The translations under genes were made by a program, and so were the position numbers. From positions 352,001-416,000 of the forward strand of contig CAVSHB010000002.1 of the NCBI GenBank assembly GCA_963727775.1: a DNA stretch of 64,000 bases. Reading direction: 5' to 3'. The stretch is from an uncultured Nitrospiraceae bacterium. GTDB taxonomy: Bacteria; Nitrospirota; Thermodesulfovibrionia; Thermodesulfovibrionales; SM23-35. Below are positions 41,450-50,797 of this stretch, piece after piece (position 1 is the first letter of the stretch; each line of letters begins with the position of its first letter). A model generated the notes under the pieces. It was not told the origin of the DNA, made no database searches, and worked only from the letters and a program-made list of their open reading frames with translations.

Positions 41450-42157
41450 ATGCGGGAAATTAGGCGGTATAAGAGATTTCAAGTGGAGATAATGGAAATC
41501 AGCGGTAAGATGGTGTTGGCTTCTTATGTGAAAATTCTCGATATAAGCATTGGAGGAGTTTCATTCCGGGTAGACAGGAGAGTGAACATGGACAGTGAAT
41601 ATACTTTGAAAATACAGGGCAAGGGGAAGGAGTTGACGGTAAAAGGTATTATTGTGAGGTCCTCACTCGTTGACAATGCAAGGGATTCCCGCGGCAATAT
41701 TGTCCCGATTTATAGCGCCGGCATGAGGTTTACCGATGTTTCAGCCGAGAAGCTTAAGGAAATCGCGGCATTCATAGAGGGTAATATGAAGGATGTTGAC
41801 AAGCAGGTGGATTTGTATAGCCCCAGCGGTCGCAGGCTTTATGTCAGAGTTTATATCGAAAACTCCGAAGGATCATTGCTGAAATTTTATGAAAGCTATA
41901 AGGTAAAGAATATTAGCCTTGGCGGGATGCTTATTGAGAGCGAAAGTAGTCTGGAAATCGGAAACACATTGCCTCTGGAGATAGTTCTTGACGAAGATAA
42001 ATCCATAAAGGTCTCGGGAAAGGTTATTTCGTGTGCCCGTACCAAAGATAATGAGACTGAGCGCTATGACATCGGGGTGGAATTTCTGGATATGCCGGAG
42101 AAAGACAGGGACATATTAAATGAATTTCTCCGCTTGCTCGACAATTTGAAAATATAG
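41450..42157 (+). CDS. Tandem PilZ-domain protein
   Basis: RRYKR...DISIGG and RRLYVR...NISLGG, each ending in G..F. Confidence 0.88.
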   Translation: MREIRRYKRFQVEIMEISGKMVLASYVKILDISIGGVSFRVDRRVNMDSEYTLKIQGKGKELTVKGIIVRSSLVDNARDSRGNIVPIYSAGMRFTDVSAEKLKEIAAFIEGNMKDVDKQVDLYSPSGRRLYVRVYIENSEGSLLKFYESYKVKNISLGGMLIESESSLEIGNTLPLEIVLDEDKSIKVSGKVISCARTKDNETERYDIGVEFLDMPEKDRDILNEFLRLLDNLKI

Positions 42158-42205
42158 CTTCCTCTTTGCATTGTTTGATTAATACATAGAGGATAAAAAG
42201 GCGAT

Positions 42206-42637
42206 ATGAAAAATGTTATTCTTTTATCTGTTCTCACCTGCATTATTTTAAGTTTTGCCTCAGTTGTCTACCCGTGTGAATGGTGTTTTGTTAGCGCTTC
42301 AAAAGAAAATTATTATTATATTGATTCCGAGAACCTAAAGGTAAGCGGCAAAGAAATAACTTTTTGGATATTGAAACAAGACATAGAAACCGGCAAACTC
42401 CTCCTCCAAAAAAAATTTATTATGAATTGCGAAGATGAAATTACCGCTGTAAGAGATGTCAAGCGTTTTGGCCTAACAGATACTATCCTGAATGCAATAC
42501 TGTACGATGATAACTTTGAGTGGGTTGATATACCCGACAATTCAAAGATGCAGGTATTTGAACAGGTATTGTGCTTAGACGGCAAGCCGAGAGCAAATAC
42601 AAAAGAATATCTGCAAAAACCCTTTGCAAGGAAGTAA
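42206..42637 (+). CDS. Hypothetical exported protein (surface-adhesin E-like)
   Basis: Signal peptide; YYID, NC, W..IP..S...C pattern. Confidence 0.55.
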   Translation: MKNVILLSVLTCIILSFASVVYPCEWCFVSASKENYYYIDSENLKVSGKEITFWILKQDIETGKLLLQKKFIMNCEDEITAVRDVKRFGLTDTILNAILYDDNFEWVDIPDNSKMQVFEQVLCLDGKPRANTKEYLQKPFARK

Positions 42638-42710
42638 TATTTTTTAGATACTGATGGAAAGCGGCTTGAATGACGATAAAATATGCCGGGATATTTTCTA
42701 AGGACAGAGC

Positions 42711-43391
42711 ATGAAGATATCCCACGCAAAGGCTATTTTTATATGGGGGACAGTACTTTCGTCAGTCGTCTTCATTGCGCTCACGTATGATTCCATCTTG
42801 AAAATGCCCGAGAGGACGCATGAAGACAGACTTACTGCAAAGGTAGCTGACGGCAAGTGGGTGTGGCAGAAGTACAATTGCAATGACTGCCATACCATTC
42901 TCGGCATAGGAGGTTATTATGCCCCCGATCTGACAAAGGTAATGAGTTATCGGGATTCTGACTGGATTAGGGGATTTCTTAAGGACCCTGAAAAGGTCTG
43001 GCCTGCCGTACGGAAGATGCCGAACCTTCGTCTTAAGGAAGAAGAGATCAATGACCTTATCGAGTTCCTTGCGTGGGTCAACGGTATAGACACTAATAAC
43101 TGGCCTCCAAAGCCTGTGGTAACTTCCACTGCACCTTTGACAAAGCAGGCGACGCATGGAGAAGAATTATTTAAGTCACTTGGATGTTCTGCGTGCCACA
43201 TGATAGGAGGCGTCGGCGGACACATAGGCCCTGACCTTACAAAAGTAGGGAGTAGAAGGGGCAGGGAGTGGATCGAAGAACAGATCAAGGCCCCTAAATC
43301 CCATATCCCGAATTCCATTATGCCGGGTTTTGCGGCGCAGCCGGATAAGTATATCGAAGATCTCTCCGATTATCTTTCCGGGCTGAAGTAG
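42711..43391 (+). CDS. norC: Nitric oxide reductase cytochrome c subunit, di-heme
   Basis: N-terminal TM, CNDCHTILG.GGYYAPDLTKV, MP; second CSACH domain. Confidence 0.88.
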   Translation: MKISHAKAIFIWGTVLSSVVFIALTYDSILKMPERTHEDRLTAKVADGKWVWQKYNCNDCHTILGIGGYYAPDLTKVMSYRDSDWIRGFLKDPEKVWPAVRKMPNLRLKEEEINDLIEFLAWVNGIDTNNWPPKPVVTSTAPLTKQATHGEELFKSLGCSACHMIGGVGGHIGPDLTKVGSRRGREWIEEQIKAPKSHIPNSIMPGFAAQPDKYIEDLSDYLSGLK

Positions 43392-43403
43392 GGTGGCTTT
43401 ATA

Positions 43404-44720
43404 GTGGAATATAAGACACAGAAGATTGCTTACAACTATTTTATAGCAGCAACACTGCTCTTCGGCCTGCAAATAATATTCGGTCTGATAACGGGTGCAA
43501 AATACGTGTGGGACTATGATCCTCTGATAAATATCCTTCCATTTAATACCACAAGGGCAATACATATAAATCTTCTCGTTTTCTGGCTCCTTGCGGCTTT
43601 TATGGGGGGAACATATTACCTCGTACCTGAAGAGGCGCAGACTGAAATCTATAGCCCGAGGCTTGCGGGTGTTCAACTCGTCCTTTTGTTAGTTGTCGGC
43701 GTTGCGGTGATAATAGGATATATCTTGGGATGGTCGTGGGGGATGCCTTTTCTTGAGCAGCCGACAGTCTTCAAAATAGGGATCGTCGTTGTTGCTCTCA
43801 TTTTTCTGTTCAATGTCTTTATGACGATGATGAAAACAAAGAAATGGACCGTAATACAGGGGATGCTTCTCGGAGGTCTTATAATGCTTGCCGGCATGTT
43901 CCTTTTCGGGATCCCATTCTTAAAAAATATGTCTACCCAATATTACTGGTGGTGGTGGGTCATTCATCTTTGGGTGGAAGGGGCTTGGGAGCTCGTTGCG
44001 GGTTCGATCATGGCCTTTGTCCTTTTGAAACTCACCGGCGTCAAAAGAGAATTGGTAGAAAAATGGCTGTATATTGAAGCAGGACTTGTCCTGTTTACCG
44101 GAATAGCAGGCACAGGTCATCACTATTACTGGATCGGTACCCCCGGCTACTGGCTCTGGGTCGGCGGCATCTTCAGCGCCCTTGAACCGTTGCCGATACT
44201 TTTTATGGTCATTGACACGCTGCGGGACGTAAAAGAAAGGGAGATACAAATACAGAACAGGCTCGCGCTATACTGGGCGGTGGGCTCGGCGGTCATGCAC
44301 TTCTTCGGAGCAGGGGTATGGGGTTTTGCACATACGCTTCCGCAGATAAACCGATGGACACATGGGACACAGATAACCGCTTCTCACGGACACTTTGCCT
44401 TCTATGGGGCCTATGCTATGCTGAATCTCACCATGATATATTTTGCAGTTCCGCAGATAAAGGGCGTCAGCAATTTTGACCGAAAGCTCGGCTTCAGGGC
44501 GTTCTGGATCATGAGCTTCTTTATGATTCTCATAGCCCTCAGCCTTGCAATTGCCGGCATAGTCCAGGTATATTTCCAGCGATTGCTCGGGATGGATTAT
44601 CTGACGACCCAGGAATTTATGAAATTATGGTACGCAGTGTTCTGGATATCGGCGGTGGGATTTGCCTCAGGAGTATCACTCTACATCGCTGATTTCTTTT
44701 CTATCCAAAAAGCAAAATAA
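43404..44720 (+). CDS. norB: Nitric oxide reductase large subunit (cNOR)
   Basis: R.IH.N, FLEQP, HLWVEGAWE, GTGHHYYWIG, ALEP, HGHFAFYG. Confidence 0.95.
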   Translation: MEYKTQKIAYNYFIAATLLFGLQIIFGLITGAKYVWDYDPLINILPFNTTRAIHINLLVFWLLAAFMGGTYYLVPEEAQTEIYSPRLAGVQLVLLLVVGVAVIIGYILGWSWGMPFLEQPTVFKIGIVVVALIFLFNVFMTMMKTKKWTVIQGMLLGGLIMLAGMFLFGIPFLKNMSTQYYWWWWVIHLWVEGAWELVAGSIMAFVLLKLTGVKRELVEKWLYIEAGLVLFTGIAGTGHHYYWIGTPGYWLWVGGIFSALEPLPILFMVIDTLRDVKEREIQIQNRLALYWAVGSAVMHFFGAGVWGFAHTLPQINRWTHGTQITASHGHFAFYGAYAMLNLTMIYFAVPQIKGVSNFDRKLGFRAFWIMSFFMILIALSLAIAGIVQVYFQRLLGMDYLTTQEFMKLWYAVFWISAVGFASGVSLYIADFFSIQKAK

Positions 44721-44733
44721 ATTAATCTTAGAT

Positions 44734-44808
44734 TGGTAGGCGATGCTGGTATCGAACCAGCGGCCTCTTCCGTGTGAAGGAAGCGCTCTACCACTGAGCT
44801 AATTGCCC
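44734..44808 (-). tRNA. tRNA-Val(CAC)
   Basis: Reverse complement GGGCAATTAGCTCAGTGGTAGAGC...CTTCC-TTCACAC-GGAAG...GGTTCGATACC...ACCA. Confidence 0.96.
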
Positions 44809-44812
44809 GCCC

Positions 44813-45000
44813 GGAGCAGTGAGACCCTGGAATGAATCCATGGTAATCTACCGCAGATATTAAACCACCAAAGAACTCGCCTTCTATATTAACCGAAATC
44901 ATCTATTTTTTGGAACGGGTAGCGAGCGCTTTCCACGTCGCTTGCTTGGGTACTCCTTACGTTAAGATACCCTGTGGTCTTGCGCAGGGTTCCTTATTCC
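44813..45000. ncRNA. Candidate structured RNA (~190 nt, 6S-like size)
   Basis: Ends pair (ACCCTG/CAGGGT, CCA/TGG, GGTAATC/GATACC); internal AGCGA/TCGCT stem; family not identified. Confidence 0.25.
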
Positions 45001-45028
45001 CATGCTATAATTCTTTGCACAAAGTTTT

Positions 45029-45451
45029 ATGAAAAGAATATATACACTTGGGACCGACAGAAGAAGCGAAGAGGATTTTGTAGAGATCCTCTTCGCTTAT
45101 GGCATTCAATCGTTGCTCGACGTGCGGAGTTTTCCGAAAAGCAAGATAGCGATATTCACAAAAGAAAACCTTGAGCAGCTTCTCAAACGTGAAGGGATCG
45201 ACTACCATTTTCTTGGAAAAGAACTTGGGGGGTTCAGAAAAGGAGGCTATATTGCGTATATCATTACCGATGATTTCAGTAAGGGGATTGATCTGCTTGA
45301 AGCAATTGCGCTGAATAAGACCTCGGTTATTGTCTGTGCCGAAAGGTTTCCCTGGAAGTGCCACAGGAAATGGATTTCGAGGGAGCTGCATCAAAGAGGT
45401 TGGGAGGTAGATCATATCATCGATAAGGGAAAGCTCTGGATTCCAAAGTAA
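45029..45451 (+). CDS. DUF488 family protein
   Basis: IYTLG, DVRSFP.S, ELGGFR, CAE..P..CHR; TGCTATAAT extended -10 upstream. Confidence 0.88.
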   Translation: MKRIYTLGTDRRSEEDFVEILFAYGIQSLLDVRSFPKSKIAIFTKENLEQLLKREGIDYHFLGKELGGFRKGGYIAYIITDDFSKGIDLLEAIALNKTSVIVCAERFPWKCHRKWISRELHQRGWEVDHIIDKGKLWIPK

Positions 45452-45531
45452 TTTCATATTCTATAGGAATAGGTATAGTATCCGCATGTATATCATTTGT
45501 GATACGATAATAATATCGAAGGAGGTGTTAT

Positions 45532-45792
45532 ATGGCAAAAACAGCAATGATAACCACAAGAGTGGATCCTGACTTAAAGGCTGATGCTGAAAAAGTGTTA
45601 AGCAAGCTGGGCATCAGCACAACAGAGGCAATAAATCTGTTTCTGTCGCAGGTAAGACTGCGCAGGGGTTTGCCTTTTGATGTGAAAATACCCAACAAGA
45701 CCACCTTGAAGGCCATGAAGGACGCTGAAGAAGGTCGGAATCTGAGCAGCTATGACAGTCTTGATACGTTTTTTGAAAAAATGGCGACATAG
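45532..45792 (+). CDS. dinJ: RelB/DinJ family antitoxin
   Basis: RVD..LK..AE.VL..LG.S...AI.LF, GLPF, PN..T..A; TATCA-N4-TGATA palindrome at 45491-45504. Confidence 0.9.
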   Translation: MAKTAMITTRVDPDLKADAEKVLSKLGISTTEAINLFLSQVRLRRGLPFDVKIPNKTTLKAMKDAEEGRNLSSYDSLDTFFEKMAT

Positions 45793-46067
45793 TGCTTAGA
45801 TTTAAGACTACAAAGCAGTTTGAGGGGGATTACAGGCTGATGTTAAAGCGGGGCAAAGGCATCGAGAAGCTCAAGACTGTCATGCGCCAACTCGTCAATC
45901 AGCAACCCCTTGAAAGCAGATACCATGACCATGCCCTTACTGGTAATTTGAGAGGCCATAGAGATTGTCATATAGAACCTGACTGGATATTGATTTATCG
46001 AATAGACAAAGGCTTGCGGGAGATTACCTTTGTCCGCACCGGCAGTCATGCGGACCTGTTTGGATAA
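45792..46067 (+). CDS. yafQ: YafQ family mRNA interferase toxin
   Basis: DHALTG, RDCHIEPDW.LIY, RTGSHADLF. Confidence 0.93.
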   Translation: MLRFKTTKQFEGDYRLMLKRGKGIEKLKTVMRQLVNQQPLESRYHDHALTGNLRGHRDCHIEPDWILIYRIDKGLREITFVRTGSHADLFG

Positions 46068-46191
46068 AGACCGGCAATAGAGACTCGCGAGACTTCTTGA
46101 GAAATTAGAATTAAACCTGAAATACGCACGGTCAGAGAAGAACCTGCTGCTACTTTAATTCAAAGACAAAAAACGGTTTAAACCATATTGA

Positions 46192-46599
46192 TCAGGAATA
46201 AATTTTTGAGACTCTTTTATACCGTATCACGGTTTCATACTCAATACGTGCATGGTCAATAGAAAGGATATCGGAAGTCCCGCAACAAGGGAGAGACCCG
46301 TTCCTTATTTTCTTATGAGTTTTAACCATATCCGCTATTACGGCAGTCAGGTCAAGTCCGCCCCCTTTGCAGCCTTTTACCATACAGTCCATTTTAAAAT
46401 TGGCATACGAGGTGGGAAAGATATTAACAGTGCGCACCATAAGAAGGGGGCTTGCTGTTTTGTGGTAATACGTCATCTGAATTACGATACCGGAAACTGA
46501 AGGGAATCGGTCCGAAACTAAACCGGCAGCAACATTGATCTGGTTTTTCAATTCCATCTTTAAGACATAATTTTGTCTGTATTGATATCTGTTTGCCAT
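46192..46599 (-). CDS. Hypothetical Cys-containing protein
   Basis: 135-aa ORF with C-x4-C and CC motifs, downstream of cspA. Confidence 0.6.
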   Translation of the reverse strand: MANRYQYRQNYVLKMELKNQINVAAGLVSDRFPSVSGIVIQMTYYHKTASPLLMVRTVNIFPTSYANFKMDCMVKGCKGGGLDLTAVIADMVKTHKKIRNGSLPCCGTSDILSIDHARIEYETVIRYKRVSKIYS

Positions 46600-46610
46600 T
46601 TCACCGCCAT

Positions 46611-46645
46611 AAAAATCCCCCCCTGCTTCTCCAGCAGGGGGGATT
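46611..46645 (-). terminator. Intrinsic terminator after cspA
   Basis: GC-rich stem CCCCCCTGCT/AGCAGGGGGG followed by a T run on the minus strand. Confidence 0.8.
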
Positions 46646-46655
46646 CGTCAGGCAA

Positions 46656-46856
46656 TTACAGTTTTGCTACATTGATCGCCTTGGGGCCTTTCGGTCCCTT
46701 TTCAGTATCAAAGCTGACTGAGTCACCCTCGGCAAGGGATTTAAATCCCATACCCTGGATTGAAGTGTGGTGGACAAATACATCGCTGCCGTCTTCGCTT
46801 GTAATAAAGCCAAAACCCTTTGAGTCGTTGAACCACTTTACTGTCCCATTCGTCAT
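46656..46856 (-). CDS. cspA: Cold shock protein
   Basis: GTVKWFN..KGFGFI (RNP1), DVFVH (RNP2). Confidence 0.97.
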   Translation of the reverse strand: MTNGTVKWFNDSKGFGFITSEDGSDVFVHHTSIQGMGFKSLAEGDSVSFDTEKGPKGPKAINVAKL

Positions 46857-47025
46857 TTCTTTTTTACCTCCTTATTTCTATACTCAAATCTCAGAAGGTC
46901 TCAACAAATAAAAAAGCCACAAAGTTAAAAAGTCTTTGTGGCCTCATAAACGGCAAAAACTTCTAAAATTCTGTACTTAGCATAACACGCCCAAACAAAT
47001 TATTCAAGGAAGAACTGCATGAAAA

Positions 47026-47571
47026 TTATGAGGCCCTGAGAATCATTACCATCTGTCGGCCGTCCATCTTTGGCTGGGACTCTACTTTCGCGATATCCTC
47101 CAGTTCCAACGCTAACCTGTTCAGCACGCTCGTCCCCATTTCCTGACGACTAAATTCTCGTCCTCTAAAGCGGATGGTCACTTTAACCTTGTCCCCGTGC
47201 TCGATGAACTTACGCGCACTACGCTTCTTGAACTCATAATCATGGGTGTCGATCGAAGGGCGCATCCTGATTTCTTTGAGTGCGAGAGTCGTTTGCTGTT
47301 TTTTGGACTTCCGCAGTTTCTTGCTTTGCTCGAACTTGAACTTCCGGTAGTCCATGATCTTACATACCGGCGGCTCAGCCTGAGGGCTGATTTCCACGAG
47401 ATCCAAACCTTGTTCTACGGCGATCTTCAATGCCGAATCAATGTCCATTATGCCGATTTGCCCTTCATCGGCGACAACCCGGATCTCTTTCACTTTAAGC
47501 AGCCGGATTTGGTTGTTTACGCGGGTCTTATCGACAACCCGCCCGGGCGATACTCGTCCTTGATTAGTTAT
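47026..47571 (-). CDS. infC: Translation initiation factor IF-3, predicted ATA start
   Basis: RVNNQIR, GLDLVEISP.A.PPVCKIMDY, GDKVKV..RFRGRE; AAGGAGG 7 nt before an in-frame ATA. Confidence 0.93.
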   Translation of the reverse strand: MTNQGRVSPGRVVDKTRVNNQIRLLKVKEIRVVADEGQIGIMDIDSALKIAVEQGLDLVEISPQAEPPVCKIMDYRKFKFEQSKKLRKSKKQQTTLALKEIRMRPSIDTHDYEFKKRSARKFIEHGDKVKVTIRFRGREFSRQEMGTSVLNRLALELEDIAKVESQPKMDGRQMVMILRAS

Positions 47572-47743
47572 GGTGTGTCCTCCTTATTATAGATAGTCTT
47601 TGCCGGTCTTCGTCCTGCACGTTCTGCACAAGAAGCGGCATCTATGAATATAGTGTAGCATGTTTACACGATAGGACCATACTTCAAAAAGTTAGTGTCG
47701 ACAAAGTCATTGTGCAGATGCCATAGGGATTGCCCGTGGGTAT

Positions 47744-49426
47744 CTACACAGGGTTTAGTATCTTGTCTAATACTGTCCTTGCTACGACGAGTGGGTCGAT
47801 GAAGATCGATTCCATATCCTGCTCCAGATCACGCTTATTGGAAAGATAGGTGATCCTGTCCTGCATCCTGGCCCTTAGATACTCAAGATATTTACTATCA
47901 TGCGTGGGCTTGTATTTACGGTCGTAATCGCTCGCGAAGAGCTCGTTTCCATTCTTGGGGACTGAAAGCCCCTGAAAGCGCCTCCAGTCGCGCCATTCGA
48001 TATTGCCGCGCACAAGCTCGGTGACGATCTTAAGGGAAAGCTCCTTTGGAATATCCGTAAGATCGCCCGGGAGTCCGAAGGCATGAGTGTTCATGATATA
48101 GCATTCGCACCCGGCCTTGAAGAGCTTCACGAACTGCTGGCAATCGACGACGAGCGGATGCACGCGGAACGGATTTGCGAAAGGTTCGATCACAAGTTTT
48201 TCAAGCTCCTTGGCATCGACGTTCTCCACCCCCTTTGCCCTCATCGTCGAAAGCGACGCCCCCATTGAAACAGACAACACCGCGGAGTTTACCCGGCATA
48301 CGGGTGGCAATGAGGTGTCTTTTTGGAGCCATACCACTTTGTTTGGCGCCTCGCAGTAATCTGCGTGATTGAACATATCACGGCTCTTTATGCACCGGCC
48401 GTTGGCGTTGCGAATGTCTTCGCCCAGGAGCCTCCGCTCGCCGTTCGCTGTGCCGACGACGGCAACGTTCTGGGCAGAAAGAAAATATTTTATGTCAGGA
48501 TCGTTGAACTTCACGGAGTCGGTCTTATCGAAAAGGGCGGGCTCCAGCGCCACTGTTATGTTGTTTTCCAGATCGATAAGAAAAGCATCGTCGTGTATGA
48601 CCGTGACTTTTTCGTCAGGCCTCAGAGTGCCTCCGTGGTCGTGGCTGTTGGTGATCGAGGACTTGCCGCTTCCAGAAAGCCCGAAAACAGCCACCGGTGG
48701 GTTCTCGCCTATCGTCTTGATACCGCCGTGACAGGCCACCATGTTGTGGCGCACGCCCATCGTCCATGCAAGCGTGAGCGTCCCCTTCTTCCTTTCGCCG
48801 AAGTAGCGCATTCCCAATATGGCCATGCAGTTTTCCGCCTCGTCGATTATCGCAAGCCCCGAAGGATATTCCGGGCTTCTCCACTCGGGGTCTGCCAGGA
48901 CAAGTATATCCGGTTCATCCAGGTCCCGGGATTCTTTGTAAAGCCGGTCCCACGGCTTCATGAAAGGGGTGAAATTCAGTCCCCAGTCAAGCATATTCTT
49001 CGCGTCCGTGACCGGGCTTAAGAGATGGGCCTTCACCATGAAATCCTTGTGCAATCCCACAATCCCCTGAAGCCAAAGGCCCTGCCTGCGATTTAACTGA
49101 TAAATGGCGTCTAAGAGGACGGTCTTCAGCTTTGTGCGCTCGGCCTTGTCCAATTGGCGGACGAGCCTTCTTGCGCGGGCGGTCCTGCCCACCACAGCGC
49201 CGTCGTTCGATACCAGTATCTTAGCGTCTTTCGGAAGCCCGAACCTCTCCGGATCGTACATAGGCTGGGTCGTGCTTATTACCTCGGGTTGTTGCAAAGC
49301 CAGCCCGTAAAGTTCTGCCATTGTCGTCTGCCGGACGGAATTTGCGTAGAATGCGCTTCCGATAGCGGCCCTCCACGAAGAGGCTACCTGCTTGTATACT
49401 GATGTCATCTTTCTTCCCTCCCTCAT
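47744..49426 (-). CDS. pckA: Phosphoenolpyruvate carboxykinase (ATP)-family protein
   Basis: YFGE.KKG, CHGG, FGLSGSGKS, IHDD, FDKT, NGR, FANPFR. Confidence 0.85.
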   Translation of the reverse strand: MREGRKMTSVYKQVASSWRAAIGSAFYANSVRQTTMAELYGLALQQPEVISTTQPMYDPERFGLPKDAKILVSNDGAVVGRTARARRLVRQLDKAERTKLKTVLLDAIYQLNRRQGLWLQGIVGLHKDFMVKAHLLSPVTDAKNMLDWGLNFTPFMKPWDRLYKESRDLDEPDILVLADPEWRSPEYPSGLAIIDEAENCMAILGMRYFGERKKGTLTLAWTMGVRHNMVACHGGIKTIGENPPVAVFGLSGSGKSSITNSHDHGGTLRPDEKVTVIHDDAFLIDLENNITVALEPALFDKTDSVKFNDPDIKYFLSAQNVAVVGTANGERRLLGEDIRNANGRCIKSRDMFNHADYCEAPNKVVWLQKDTSLPPVCRVNSAVLSVSMGASLSTMRAKGVENVDAKELEKLVIEPFANPFRVHPLVVDCQQFVKLFKAGCECYIMNTHAFGLPGDLTDIPKELSLKIVTELVRGNIEWRDWRRFQGLSVPKNGNELFASDYDRKYKPTHDSKYLEYLRARMQDRITYLSNKRDLEQDMESIFIDPLVVARTVLDKILNPV

Positions 49427-49444
49427 TATTTCGCAATTCAGTCT

Positions 49445-49873
49445 CTAAAGCGAGCCGGCGTCTTTAAGCATGTTTATTACCGTTGAAAATTGTTCGGGGT
49501 CCAAGGGCTTGAACATATAATACCCGGCGGACAGGTTGTAAGCTTTTTCGACATCCTGCTCGATCGTTGAGGTGGTCAGGATTATCACCGGTATCCTGCT
49601 CAGGTCCGGGTCCTGCTTGATCTCAGCAAGCACTTCAAAACCGGTTTTTTTCGGTAGGTTGAGGTCGAGCATAATGATATCAGGGCTCACTGCATCGACA
49701 TACCCGTTAGCGCGGCGTAAATAGGCCATAGCCTCGTCTCCGTCTCCGACGCTGTAGAAATTGTGCGGGATTTCGCTGTCTTTGATGCTTTCCTTGGTAA
49801 GATACACATCTGCGGGGTTGTCCTCAACCAGGAGGATATTTATATAATCAGCCTCTGTTTTTAATATATTCAT
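49445..49873 (-). CDS. Single-domain response regulator (Rcp1-like)
   Basis: ILLVEDNPAD, MLDLNLP, IPVIILTTS, KP; start taken at MNILK. Confidence 0.9.
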   Translation of the reverse strand: MNILKTEADYINILLVEDNPADVYLTKESIKDSEIPHNFYSVGDGDEAMAYLRRANGYVDAVSPDIIMLDLNLPKKTGFEVLAEIKQDPDLSRIPVIILTTSTIEQDVEKAYNLSAGYYMFKPLDPEQFSTVINMLKDAGSL

Positions 49874-49883
49874 GGCATATCGT

Positions 49884-50027
49884 TCAGCAACATATTGTAA
49901 AATAAAATATTGAGCCTTTTCCAGTGCCGGGTTCAACCCATATATCGTATTCCGTCCTGCCATGAAGCCGCTGGAAGATAACAGAGACCCGCTCCTCGTC
50001 GTTTAGGTCTATCCCGATGCCGTTATT
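49884..50027 (-). pseudogene. Histidine kinase ATPase-domain remnant
   Basis: Translates [46 protein letters not shown]2-box segment absent. Confidence 0.8.
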
Positions 50028-50109
50028 AGGCGGATTGTCATCTTCCCTTCGATCCAACAATACTGAACAAACAAAGGCGTCAAAAGCGGTTACTCCAAAC
50101 TCTTATTTC

Positions 50110-50199
50110 TGGCGGAGGGGCAGGGATTCGAACCCTGGGTGGAGTTGCCCCCACAACGATTTTCGAGACCGTCCCATTCAACCGCTCTGGCACCCCTCC
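50110..50199 (-). tRNA. tRNA-Ser(CGA)
   Basis: Reverse complement GGAGGGG...ACGGT-CTCGAAA-ATCGT, long variable arm, GGTTCGAATCC, CCCCTCCGCCA. Confidence 0.97.
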
Positions 50200-50270
50200 T
50201 TATAAAAGCAATAAACAGTAAATAGTAAACAGTTTTAAATAAAAAACACAATTACTCAGGCACAAATAAA

Positions 50271-50729
50271 TTATCTCCGTTCCTGAAAGAATCTTTTCAA
50301 CAATTCTGCACACTCTTCTTCGAGCACCCCCGATACCAATTCCACCTGATGGTTCAGTCTTTTGTCTGAAAGCAATCTGTAGAGACTGTCAACGGCGCCT
50401 CCTTTTCCGTCTCTGCATCCGTAAACGAGCCTGCCGAGTCTTGCGTTGATCATCGCCCCTGCGCACATGATACACGGCTCTTTTGTCACGTAAAGCGTTG
50501 TCTGGGTCAATCTCCACTTACTGTCACCGCCGGCCCCTGTCCTGATCGCGAGAATTTCAGCATGCCCTGTCGGGTCTTGGGACGCTTCCCGGCAATTATG
50601 TGCTTTTGCTACAATTTCACGTTCTTTTACAAGCACGGCGCCGACGGGCACTTCGCCTTCGTTGAAAGCAAGGGCGGCCTCTTCAAGGGCAAGCCTCATA
50701 AAATAGATATCGTTTTCCATGACATGCAT
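50271..50729 (-). CDS. tadA: tRNA adenosine(34) deaminase
   Basis: GEVPVGAV, HAE, EPCIMC, LNH, FF..RR. Confidence 0.96.
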   Translation of the reverse strand: MHVMENDIYFMRLALEEAALAFNEGEVPVGAVLVKEREIVAKAHNCREASQDPTGHAEILAIRTGAGGDSKWRLTQTTLYVTKEPCIMCAGAMINARLGRLVYGCRDGKGGAVDSLYRLLSDKRLNHQVELVSGVLEEECAELLKRFFQERR

Positions 50730-50797
50730 ATCAATATATTCTATCGGAAGGGTTCAAAAAAATCATGGTAAGATAGAATTGAAATGAGTGTAAGCAG

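Noticed and set aside
42660..42685. FNR/DNR box upstream of norC
   Set aside because: TTGAATGACGATAA is too poor a match to TTGAT-N4-ATCAA
48323..49021. Long antisense ORFs (e.g. 232 aa here, 213 aa opposite aspS)
   Set aside because: Opposite well-conserved genes and lacking recognisable motifs
49874..49963. 30-aa N-terminal extension of the response regulator
   Set aside because: Overlaps the kinase remnant in another frame; ATG 49873 is the more plausible start
49960..50109. SRP RNA after tadA-tRNA-Ser
   Set aside because: No SRP domain IV motif seen; the region translates as a kinase remnant
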